Notes under the pieces: generated by a model
What the model was told of the DNA's origin: nothing
Databases searched by the model: none
Seen by the model: only the letters and a program-made list of their open reading frames with translations
Source: an uncultured Gammaproteobacteria bacterium
Lineage (GTDB): Bacteria > Patescibacteriota > Patescibacteriia > JAHIZJ01
Reading direction: 5' to 3'
Assembly: GCA_964594455.1 (NCBI GenBank)
Contig: CAZQLY010000007.1
Coordinates: forward strand, 13,586 to 77,585
Length of the DNA: 64,000 bases
Position numbers and translations under genes: made by a program
Part shown: positions 47,836 through 55,718 of the stretch, piece after piece
How positions within the stretch are numbered: the stretch's first letter is position 1
Layout: every line of letters starts with the position of its first letter

Positions 47836-49027
47836 AAATCTTAATCAATTTATGATAATATTTTTCCGGACTGCGCTGCTGCACCAGTTGATGAGCTCGC
47901 TGACCCATTTCCTCCACCTTGTTTTTATCAGTAATTATTTTATTTATTTTTTCTCGCAAATCGTCAGCTGAACCAGTTTCAAATAAATAACCAGATTTGC
48001 CATCTTCTATCATTTCCGGTATGCCTCCGATTCTGGAGCCGATCACCGGCTTGCCTAGGCTATTTGCTTCCAATATTGTCAGCGGCTGGTTTTCATACCA
48101 CTCAGATGGGACCACTACAGTTAATGAATTTTTGATACTATCTTTGAGCGCCTCACCGGATTGATAGCCCAGGAATTTCACATTGCTGATCTTTTCCTGA
48201 GACACCTTCTTTTTTAATTCATCTTCCAGCGGCCCGGTCCCGACAATCTTAAATTGATAGTCTATCTCCTTGGCCGCTTCAATAAATGTCTTAATTCCTT
48301 TTTCTTGCGAGAGTCTCCCAAAATACAAAACATAGTTTCCAGGCGGATTATATTCAGCTTTCTGGGTATCAATAAAATTAGCCAAGTGCCTTATTTCAAT
48401 TATTGGCTCTTCCCACTCTCTAATCTTTTTGACTAAGAACTCGCTCGGGCTAATAAAAACATTGACGTTGTCTTCGTAAGCTTTAATAATTTTATGAAAA
48501 TACATTTCAATACAAGCCAATATTGAAGCCGGCAATGAATTTTTTAAACAGCGATTATTTATGGCCTGCCAATAATTGTAACCTTTGCATTTTTCACAAA
48601 CCTTACCCTGGGTAAAAAACAGATAGTTGGGGCAAAGCAGCTTATAATCGTGCAGAGTTAATATTGTCGGGATTGAATGTTTCTTCAGAGTTAGCAGGAC
48701 TGAAGGAGATATTTGGTGATAAATATTGTGAACGTGAGCAATATCAGGTTTTTCCTTTTTAATCAACTGGCTCAGCTTGCGCGCAGCCTCAAACGAATAC
48801 AGCATACGGCCGGCTGTTCTTAAGCCCTCTTTGTCAAACCTGACGTTTTCAAAATTAACCTTTGAAACAAAGTATTTTGAATACGGAGAAGGGTCATTCT
48901 TTTCATGTTGCATAGAAAAGACAACCACCTGGTGGGCATTTTTCTCCAGCAACTCTTTGATATCAAAAAAATGTTTCTCAGCTCCGCCTTTTACAAAGTA
49001 GAATTTGTTGATCAGTAATACCTTCAT
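47807..49027 (-). CDS. family-4 glycosyltransferase
   Basis: GT4 motif ENQPLTILEANSLGKPVIGSRIGGIPE, 406 aa. Confidence 0.8.
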   Translation of the reverse strand: MKVLLINKFYFVKGGAEKHFFDIKELLEKNAHQVVVFSMQHEKNDPSPYSKYFVSKVNFENVRFDKEGLRTAGRMLYSFEAARKLSQLIKKEKPDIAHVHNIYHQISPSVLLTLKKHSIPTILTLHDYKLLCPNYLFFTQGKVCEKCKGYNYWQAINNRCLKNSLPASILACIEMYFHKIIKAYEDNVNVFISPSEFLVKKIREWEEPIIEIRHLANFIDTQKAEYNPPGNYVLYFGRLSQEKGIKTFIEAAKEIDYQFKIVGTGPLEDELKKKVSQEKISNVKFLGYQSGEALKDSIKNSLTVVVPSEWYENQPLTILEANSLGKPVIGSRIGGIPEMIEDGKSGYLFETGSADDLREKINKIITDKNKVEEMGQRAHQLVQQRSPEKYYHKLIKIYESLLAEKK

Positions 49028-49106
49028 GTTTTTATTGTAACATTTTTAGAAACATATAAATATAGCAAAATATTATCATCCTGTCAATGCTAAGACGCTA
49101 ACAACC

Positions 49107-49134
49107 TTGACAAAATCCTGTTTTCGTGTACAAT
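49107..49134 (+). promoter_or_regulatory. near-consensus sigma70 promoter upstream of GC-rich gene
   Basis: TTGACA-N16-TACAAT, about 90 nt upstream of the AAAGGAGG SD and ATG at 49228. Confidence 0.45.
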
Positions 49135-49227
49135 ATACTGTTCTGTTTTCAGAACGTTGATTTCAAAATCCAAGGGTACTTGTGCCCTAAAAAACTTGAT
49201 TCAAGCCCTGCGCAAAGGAGGAATGCC

Positions 49228-50640
49228 ATGTCCGCAAACTCAAGGGTCAGGTGGTGGATGGTACTGCTAGCAGTACTGCTTTTTCTTCTACCTGCTTCCA
49301 TTTGGTTCGGCTGGCTCCTCCGGGGACCATCTGAACCACCGACTCGCCTCGAGACCCAGTTCACTGACACGTGCTTCTGGGATCCTGAGGCCGATCTGAA
49401 CTTCGGTACCGTGACAGTGGGGACAACAAACACTCTTCGTTTCCCGCTGTACAACGATTCCGACTCACGGATCGTGATTCATCTGTCAGCTTCGAGTGAT
49501 CAGTTCACTCTGGAGCCCAACGGTGGTGACTACACTATGCTCCCACAGCAGACTGTTGTCATCGCTGTTACTTTCTGTCCGGACACCTTAGGGCCTCAAC
49601 ACTGCCGTGTTTCCATGGGTCACCCCAGTCTGGATGAGATCATCTGTTTCGGCCTGGCCACGACTGGCCCGACTCGCAGCAAGTATGATCAGCCGTTCGA
49701 TACACATTCGATCTGGAATACCCCGATCGGCAGCGAGGCGGACTACGTTCTAGCTGGATTCAAGCCCGGGAAGTATATCGACATCGACCGTGACCACATC
49801 CTGAGCTCTGGCCAGCAACGTAAGCTCCTGGCTCACGAGTCGTGGCCAAACATCTGCGAGGGAGACAAATTCCTCTCCGATGTCTGGGTACCCGATGACT
49901 ATGTTGTGCCTTCCGATGGCAAGAACAACGCCGCCGCCTTCATCCTCCCGGATGGAGAGCATATTTACCAAGCCAATCCCATCTCACGGTGCGAAGAGGC
50001 TGGTCCAGTCTACGCTGGTTGGGCGGCAGTACCAGAGGCGGTGACCAGCATCTATGATGAAGGTCTCTATGGCGGTCATGGTGGCTCCAGTCTGTCCAGT
50101 ATCGGAGGCACTATTCGACTAGGCGAACTAACCTCAGACGAGCCGATTGGCCACGCTCTCAAGATTCTTGTTTTGGCGGCTCGCTACTGCTCTGACGAGG
50201 ATGGTGGCTTCCGCTGGCCGGCTTACCGGGCTGATGCTTACGCCCTCGACCCGGACAATCCCCTGAGGTACAACCAACTGGGTTCGGCTTCTCCGGCGGT
50301 AAAGATGGGATCGCTTCTAGCTGTCCCTGACTGGGTGGACCTCAATTCACTCGGTCTCCAGACGTACGCCGCCTGGAAAATCGCTGTGGCGCTCCAAGAC
50401 TACGGAGCGTACATAGTCGATGATTCGGCCTGGCACACATACTATCTCTGCGCTGAGCAGGGCGTGGGTCAGGAATTCCAGAATACTTACGATCTGGGCA
50501 TAGCCGCTCAAGCCGGTCCTTGGTATGACGACATGATGTGCCTTATCCAATGGCTGCATGTTGTCGACACCAATGGTCCCGACACCATTGGTGGTGGCGG
50601 CGCTCCTTGGAGACCGCTAGCGCCACCTATCGGCGACTGA
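49228..50640 (+). CDS. secreted protein with N-terminal anchor, Ig-like (ASPM/HYDIN-type) beta-sandwich and large C-terminal Trp-rich domain (GC-rich island)
   Basis: Start taken at the Met preceded by AAAGGAGG (the ORF table's 49126 start lies in AT-rich DNA without SD). Hydrophobic N-terminus WWMVLLAVLLFLLPASIWFGWLL. FGTVTVGTTNTLRFPLYNDSDSRIVIHL Ig-like motif. Visibly high GC. Confidence 0.6.
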   Translation: MSANSRVRWWMVLLAVLLFLLPASIWFGWLLRGPSEPPTRLETQFTDTCFWDPEADLNFGTVTVGTTNTLRFPLYNDSDSRIVIHLSASSDQFTLEPNGGDYTMLPQQTVVIAVTFCPDTLGPQHCRVSMGHPSLDEIICFGLATTGPTRSKYDQPFDTHSIWNTPIGSEADYVLAGFKPGKYIDIDRDHILSSGQQRKLLAHESWPNICEGDKFLSDVWVPDDYVVPSDGKNNAAAFILPDGEHIYQANPISRCEEAGPVYAGWAAVPEAVTSIYDEGLYGGHGGSSLSSIGGTIRLGELTSDEPIGHALKILVLAARYCSDEDGGFRWPAYRADAYALDPDNPLRYNQLGSASPAVKMGSLLAVPDWVDLNSLGLQTYAAWKIAVALQDYGAYIVDDSAWHTYYLCAEQGVGQEFQNTYDLGIAAQAGPWYDDMMCLIQWLHVVDTNGPDTIGGGGAPWRPLAPPIGD

Positions 50641-50658
50641 TTCGCTCTTTCCTTCCTC

Positions 50659-50692
50659 GGGCCAGAAGTTTCACGCTTCTGGCCCTTTTTTT
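50659..50692 (+). terminator. strong intrinsic terminator
   Basis: Perfect 10-bp stem gggccagaag-N7-cttctggccc followed by TTTTTTT. Confidence 0.7.
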
Positions 50693-50712
50693 ATTTACCT
50701 AGAGGTATTATT
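50688..50712. repeat. 25-nt inverted-repeat copy L (TTTTTATTTACCTAGAGGTATTATT)
   Basis: Exact reverse-complement match to 53776-53800. Partial similarity continues (tgagaggg vs agagagag). Immediately 3' of a GC-rich terminator hairpin in both copies. Confidence 0.6.
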
Positions 50713-50920
50713 TGAGAGGGACTAAAAGTATGAATCATAACAATATTACGTAATCTTTAGTCTCCGTAAATAACTTAGGCGGATATTTGAGATGCCGGAT
50801 CCCGGTCCGGCATGACGATGAGGGGTGTAAATAACCCTCGTGAAAACAATGTGCATGTTGACATTTTTCAATTTCTTCGTTAGAGTATTCAGATTTGGTA
50901 ATTTATAGTAAAATATACAT

Positions 50921-52114
50921 ATGAATATAGCTTTTATCACTCACGCTTTCCCCTACCCAGCTGAAAAAGACGGGCATACATTGATCGCCTACCAAATTAT
51001 AAAAGGATTAGCAGAGTACCATAAAATCTCGTTGTTTTGTTTCGGCGACAAAAATGACCAGATGAATATTGGTGCAATTAGCGATTTGGGAGTAAAAGTA
51101 AATATTTATGAAAGGCCAAAACGGTCCTTACTTTTTTATTATCTGTCCAGCATTTCCAAGAAACTTGCCTGGTTCCAATACCGTCTCTATACCAAAGAGA
51201 TGATTAATAAAGTTAAGGAAATAGATAATTCGTCTGAGTATGACATAATCTATATTCACTCGCCCTTTGTCTCGGCCTATCTGGGGCTGGTGAAAAATAA
51301 ACCAACTGTCTTGACCTATATTGATGCCTGGTCATCCTGGTACCAACAGTTCTACGATATTTCAAAAAACCCTCTCAAAAAGCTTCATTACCTTCAAGAA
51401 GGAAGAAAATCTCGACAACTGGAAAAAGACTTGTTACTCAAAGCCTACGCTTCAGTAGTCGTGTCCAATGTCGATAAAGAGATAATCATGAAACATTCTC
51501 CAGAAGCTAATATTGTGGTCATACCGAACGGAGTCGATCTGGATTATTTCCGACCATCTACTACCCCGCCCGATCCAGAACAAATTATTTTTAGCGGGAC
51601 AATGGATTACCCTCCCAACGTAAAAGCGGTTCTGGATTTCAAAGAAAAGATTTGGCCTAAATTAAAAAAAGAAAAACCAAATCTCAGCTGGTATATTGTA
51701 GGCAAAAATCCGACTCTGGACGTATTCGAACTTCAATCGCTGGACAATCAAATTACTGTTACTGGCTATGTCAAAGATATCAGGACACATCTCTGGCGCT
51801 CGGCAGTCTATTTATCGCCTCTATCGCTAGGCACTGGTTTTAAAAATAAGATTATTGAAGCTATGGCTTGCGGCAAAGCCATTGTGGCCAGCCCAGTCAG
51901 CTTGGCCGGCTTCCCAGTATCTGATGGTGAAAATGTTTTGATCGCTAATAATTCTCAGGAGTTTGCTGATAAAATACTCTATCTACTAAATAACCAAGAC
52001 AAACGACAAAAAATAGAATCAAGGGCTAGAACCTTTGCTGAAATGTATGACTGGTTTACCTCAGTACGCCAATACGAAAATCTAATGAAGCAGGCAGTTA
52101 AACATGACAAATAA
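50921..52114 (+). CDS. family-4 glycosyltransferase
   Basis: GT4 C-terminal region (KIIEAMACGKAIVASP), 397 aa, low GC. Confidence 0.8.
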   Translation: MNIAFITHAFPYPAEKDGHTLIAYQIIKGLAEYHKISLFCFGDKNDQMNIGAISDLGVKVNIYERPKRSLLFYYLSSISKKLAWFQYRLYTKEMINKVKEIDNSSEYDIIYIHSPFVSAYLGLVKNKPTVLTYIDAWSSWYQQFYDISKNPLKKLHYLQEGRKSRQLEKDLLLKAYASVVVSNVDKEIIMKHSPEANIVVIPNGVDLDYFRPSTTPPDPEQIIFSGTMDYPPNVKAVLDFKEKIWPKLKKEKPNLSWYIVGKNPTLDVFELQSLDNQITVTGYVKDIRTHLWRSAVYLSPLSLGTGFKNKIIEAMACGKAIVASPVSLAGFPVSDGENVLIANNSQEFADKILYLLNNQDKRQKIESRARTFAEMYDWFTSVRQYENLMKQAVKHDK

Positions 52115-53489
52115 CCCACCAAATGTTTTAAAACCCTTGTTGATCGTCACGGTATTGGCCATACCTATTTTGTTTTTTATAGCCCAAAATCCCAGCTGGC
52201 AAACTTTGTTACAAATCGCCTTTTTAGTGATTCTTGTTCCCCTTTTCTTAATCAGCGTAGAAATGGGTTTCTTGGCCTTGATTGTTCTTCGGCCGGCCAT
52301 GGATTTATTTAGTCAGGTTGAATTTCTAAAACTGGGTAATTTCTCCTTAAATCTCTCTTCTACAGTCAGCATCTTAGCTATTGCCTGGATTGCATACATT
52401 ATTCTCAAGAATCGTCAGCAAGTTTGGCGGCGTCCGCTATTTTATCCAATTTTAGTTTTCTTTGTGATAAGCCTAGCTTCCATCTTCTATACTTATGATT
52501 TTGCTAATACTTTGACCGAGATTGTACGCAGTGCCAGTATCTTTTTCGTCTATCTTCTGGCCAGCATGGTCATTAATTCACTAGAGCGTTTTAAACGCTT
52601 CCTAAAGGCAGTAGGTTTTTCTCTAGTTGCGCCGGTATTTTTTGCTATTGTGCAATTGATCAGCCAAACCGGATTAAGCTTTGCTGGAGTAAATAACAGG
52701 CTCTATGGCACGTTTGGCCATCCCAATGCTTTGGCTTTTTACATGGTTTTAACTATCGGAATTTTTATCACTTACTTCTTTAGCTTGCCTCTCGAGAAAA
52801 GAAATAAAAGTATTTTAGCAATTCCAGCCATACTATTTTTTATTCTGCTTCTCACTTACACCCGTGGAGCTTGGCTTGGTTTGGGAGCATTCTTGATACT
52901 AATAGGCTTCTTTCATTATCGAAAAGCAATCATAGCTTTGATTGTTGTAGCTGTATTAGCAATCGGACTAGCACCCACTGTAAATAATTTCCTTTTTGAT
53001 GAATTCAATATCAATCTATCAAATGTACCAGTAATCCAAAGAATAACTGACGAATCAAGCGAAGAAAGCTCTATTGAGTGGCGACTCGAAGTTTGGTCAG
53101 ATATGAGGCGCCGAATCGTTGAGCAGCCTTATTTTGGATATGGATTAGGATCCTTCCCTGTCCTACGCGAACAGTCAGTCAAAGGTTTCTTTGAAAGCAC
53201 TGACGCCCATAATGATTATCTCCGATACATTATTGAGTTAGGTTTTGTTGGCCTGTTAGCTTACTGCTTTTTGATTTTCAAAAACATTGGTAACCTATTC
53301 TACCGTTATATCAAATCTCAAACTCGTGAGACTAAAGCCTGGCTGCTGGGCGGATGCACACTAGCTGTTTCATTTGCTATCATGAGTTTTTATGACAACA
53401 TTATGCAAGGTACTGCTGTGATGTGGTTATTTTGGTCATTAATGGCTGTAGTCTACAACTATTCAAAATTCATGCAAAAAAATAGTTAG
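52104..53489 (+). CDS. O-antigen ligase/polymerase-like (Wzy_C family) polytopic membrane protein
   Basis: About 11 TM helices with extracytoplasmic loop containing the R-x-xx-W / HN-x-Y..E pattern (TDAHNDYLRYIIELGFVG). 461 aa. Overlaps the GT4 gene by 11 nt. Confidence 0.7.
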   Translation: MTNNPPNVLKPLLIVTVLAIPILFFIAQNPSWQTLLQIAFLVILVPLFLISVEMGFLALIVLRPAMDLFSQVEFLKLGNFSLNLSSTVSILAIAWIAYIILKNRQQVWRRPLFYPILVFFVISLASIFYTYDFANTLTEIVRSASIFFVYLLASMVINSLERFKRFLKAVGFSLVAPVFFAIVQLISQTGLSFAGVNNRLYGTFGHPNALAFYMVLTIGIFITYFFSLPLEKRNKSILAIPAILFFILLLTYTRGAWLGLGAFLILIGFFHYRKAIIALIVVAVLAIGLAPTVNNFLFDEFNINLSNVPVIQRITDESSEESSIEWRLEVWSDMRRRIVEQPYFGYGLGSFPVLREQSVKGFFESTDAHNDYLRYIIELGFVGLLAYCFLIFKNIGNLFYRYIKSQTRETKAWLLGGCTLAVSFAIMSFYDNIMQGTAVMWLFWSLMAVVYNYSKFMQKNS

Positions 53490-53567
53490 CTAAATAACCT
53501 CGCCTTCCCTTCTCAAGAGTAATGCACTAGGTTAAGTACACAGCTCAGAATAATAGTACTGTCATTT

Positions 53568-53619
53568 TCGGACTCCCGCCTCGACTCGCCCGGCTCATCG
53601 GGCGAGGCGGGTGATCCGA
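53568..53619. repeat. GC-rich imperfect palindrome (tcggaCTCCCGCCTCGactcGCCCG-gctcat-CGGGCGAGGCGGGtgaTCCGA)
   Basis: Long stem-loop inside a 280-nt non-coding stretch, flanked by ttttcgga / tccgaaaat. Confidence 0.45.
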
Positions 53620-53775
53620 AAATCCCGTTCAAATAGCAAATTAGTAAAACCTCTCTTACCCGCCTCCAGTCAGCAAGAGTAACGTTTCAAATACAGTATT
53701 GGTCCTGCGGCTGGGTTATTTACAGTGGCTAAAGATTACATAAGTGGCTATTATCTATACTTTTATTCTCTCTCT

Positions 53776-53800
53776 AATAATACCTCTAGGTAAATAAAAA
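53776..53800. repeat. 25-nt inverted-repeat copy R (AATAATACCTCTAGGTAAATAAAAA)
   Basis: Reverse complement of 50688-50712. Abuts the terminator at 53801-53840. Confidence 0.6.
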
Positions 53801-53840
53801 GAGAGCCGGATAACCTCGAAAGGTTAACCGGCTCTTTGCT
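53801..53840 (-). terminator. intrinsic terminator of the GC-rich minus-strand operon
   Basis: Hairpin agagccgg-N18-ccggctct with internal aacct/aggtt sub-stem. Followed on the minus strand by CTTTTTATTT. Confidence 0.7.
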
Positions 53841-53867
53841 AATGTGCGTTACCCTGTTTGCCCAGAG

Positions 53868-54707
53868 CTACTCCTCGCAGAGTCTGGCGTTGCCATCCTC
53901 CGGGAGTTCAATGAACAACTTTCCGTAGCTGAAGGGCCAGGCTTCGTGCCCTTCATAGTCCTTAAGCCGGAGGTACAGTCCACTACATCGACCACAGGGG
54001 TCGACCGTGAACGTAACCGACTCAGTCGCCTTGGGAACATTCTTGACTTCCGGATCTGCTCCCCGACGACATTCGTAGCCACAGAGGTACAGAGTGACAG
54101 GGCCTACGACATTCAGTTTCGGCGGGTGGACCTCGTTGTAAAGATTCACCTTGGCCGTAATCTGATACTGACCGCCGTTCCAGACGATCCTCCAGATACC
54201 GTACGTCATGACCGTTTCCCCATCCGCCTTGGGCTGGACCGAGGGTTCGGCCGTTGCCGCCTGATTGGTCTGGGGAACCGTTCTCGGAACCGTCCGAGCA
54301 CCCGTATTGCTCACGCTGCTCGTCCGAGCGGTATTGCTCGTCTTGCGCGTGACCGGAGCCGTCTTGATCACCGGCGGTTCGGGAACAGCGTGTTCGCCGA
54401 CCGTACCGGGACCGTTGTCCTCGCGAACAACCTTCTGCTCGGATTCGGGCTTGGGCTGTCCGGCGGTAGTGACGGAATCGTCCGGAGCTCCGGTCTCGTC
54501 CTTCTTCTCGACGACCTTCTTCTGCTCATCCTGGGCGACCGGCTCGTCGGCGGGCTTCTTCTGCTCGTCGGCGGGTGTGGTGGCTTCCTTTTTGAGCGTG
54601 ACCTTTTCCTTGGGCGCCGGATCGTCGTCGTCCGCCATGACCATCGGGGACACGGTGAACATCATCGCAACGAACAGCGCCAGCATGATCCACAGAGACT
54701 TCTTCAT
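53868..54707 (-). CDS. secreted protein: signal peptide, Pro/Glu/Lys-rich linker, Cys-rich C-terminal domain (GC-rich island)
   Basis: MKKSLWIMLALFVAMMFTVSPMVMA signal. AAGGAGG SD. Six C-terminal Cys (CGYECRRG..CGRCSG..LCEE). Antisense ORFs 53844-54893 and 54265-55005 judged spurious (GC-rich DNA). Confidence 0.55.
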   Translation of the reverse strand: MKKSLWIMLALFVAMMFTVSPMVMADDDDPAPKEKVTLKKEATTPADEQKKPADEPVAQDEQKKVVEKKDETGAPDDSVTTAGQPKPESEQKVVREDNGPGTVGEHAVPEPPVIKTAPVTRKTSNTARTSSVSNTGARTVPRTVPQTNQAATAEPSVQPKADGETVMTYGIWRIVWNGGQYQITAKVNLYNEVHPPKLNVVGPVTLYLCGYECRRGADPEVKNVPKATESVTFTVDPCGRCSGLYLRLKDYEGHEAWPFSYGKLFIELPEDGNARLCEE

Positions 54708-54767
54708 TTCGACACCCCTCCTTCAATTGGGTATTGTTCGCTTCTTGCTTCAGGTCACGACCGGCGC

Positions 54768-55640
54768 TCAACCACCGATCTCAATCCCGTACAGTCGGTC
54801 GTCTTCGGGCCAGAGATTGGCGATCGCATCCAGCTGGTTGAGCATGAATGTGAATACGGTCCAGCCTCCGCCGAGATCGACCAGGTTCATTAGTTCGGTG
54901 GCATGTTCGAAATCGCCAGGCAAACCAACGTACACGCCGGACCGCAGTTCAGTACCGTCGGCCAGTTGCAGCCTCAGATACGTAACCGCGCCCTTGGCGA
55001 CGTAGAACTTGGCGGTCCACATGCCGTCCTCCCAATACGTCGTATGGGGGGCAAACCGGAATGTAGTCCAGGTTCCCATCCAGAATACCGGAACGTCGGG
55101 ATCAGCCGGATTGTTCATGTAGCCCTCGGGAAGAGAATTCCCGGTGTACCACACTTGTACTTCCACCAGATCGTCGACATCCGTCATCGGGTCAATCATC
55201 AACTGTCCGTCTTCGACGTAGAGCGAGAATTCCCGATAGACTTCGAAGTCTGAGGCGTTGATCGCGTTCAGTTCGACTCCGTTGACGGAGATATCGAGCA
55301 TTCGGTGATACCGATTGTCCGAATCCCTCCGCCAGAAGCCGACGCTGAACTTCTCGTTTCCCCAGACCTGTCGATCGAACGTACCGACGACCTCGCCGCC
55401 CTGAAAAGTGCCAAACAGGATCATGATGTTGGGGTCCTGCAGGTATCCCGGGACGACTGAGCCGGAGATGTAGACTTCCTCACCATCCAGCGCCATCGGC
55501 GACAAAAGGGTGATGCTGAACTCCGCATTGGTCTCCTCCTGGTTGCCGGGGTTGGTGATATCCCACGAGTCGCGGGAACACCCGGATGCCAGACCGAGGA
55601 TAGCCAGCACGGCCAGAATTGCCAGTTTGCTAAAACGCAT
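54768..55640 (-). CDS. lipoprotein of unknown function (GC-rich island)
   Basis: Lipobox LGLASGC. GGGAGG SD 9 nt upstream. 290 aa beta-rich. Confidence 0.55.
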   Translation of the reverse strand: MRFSKLAILAVLAILGLASGCSRDSWDITNPGNQEETNAEFSITLLSPMALDGEEVYISGSVVPGYLQDPNIMILFGTFQGGEVVGTFDRQVWGNEKFSVGFWRRDSDNRYHRMLDISVNGVELNAINASDFEVYREFSLYVEDGQLMIDPMTDVDDLVEVQVWYTGNSLPEGYMNNPADPDVPVFWMGTWTTFRFAPHTTYWEDGMWTAKFYVAKGAVTYLRLQLADGTELRSGVYVGLPGDFEHATELMNLVDLGGGWTVFTFMLNQLDAIANLWPEDDRLYGIEIGG

Positions 55641-55718
55641 CGTCTCTTTCCTCCCTTGAAAATGGGCATCTAGGAGTATATCCGGGGCATCCGGATAACT
55701 CCGGATGCCCCACCCCTG

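Noticed and set aside
49126-49227. N-terminal extension of the 49228 gene (MYNILFCFQNVDFKIQGYLCPKKLDSSPAQRRNA..)
   Set aside because: The extension lies in AT-rich DNA containing the promoter itself. The Met at 49228 is preceded by AAAGGAGG at ideal spacing and starts a signal/anchor sequence.
50688-53800. Integron-like cassette array interpretation of the GC-rich genes with shared 3' sequence
   Set aside because: Cassettes are in opposite orientations and each carries its own promoter. No intI or attI, and the shared element is a simple terminator plus 25-mer rather than an attC-type imperfect palindrome with R/L boxes.
53844-55005. Plus-strand ORFs 53844-54893 (349 aa) and 54265-55005 (246 aa) in the GC-rich island
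   Set aside because: They are antisense to minus-strand genes that have signal peptides, GGAGG SD sites and a downstream terminator. Long spurious antisense ORFs are expected in GC-rich DNA. The products are Arg/Leu/Gly-rich and low-complexity.
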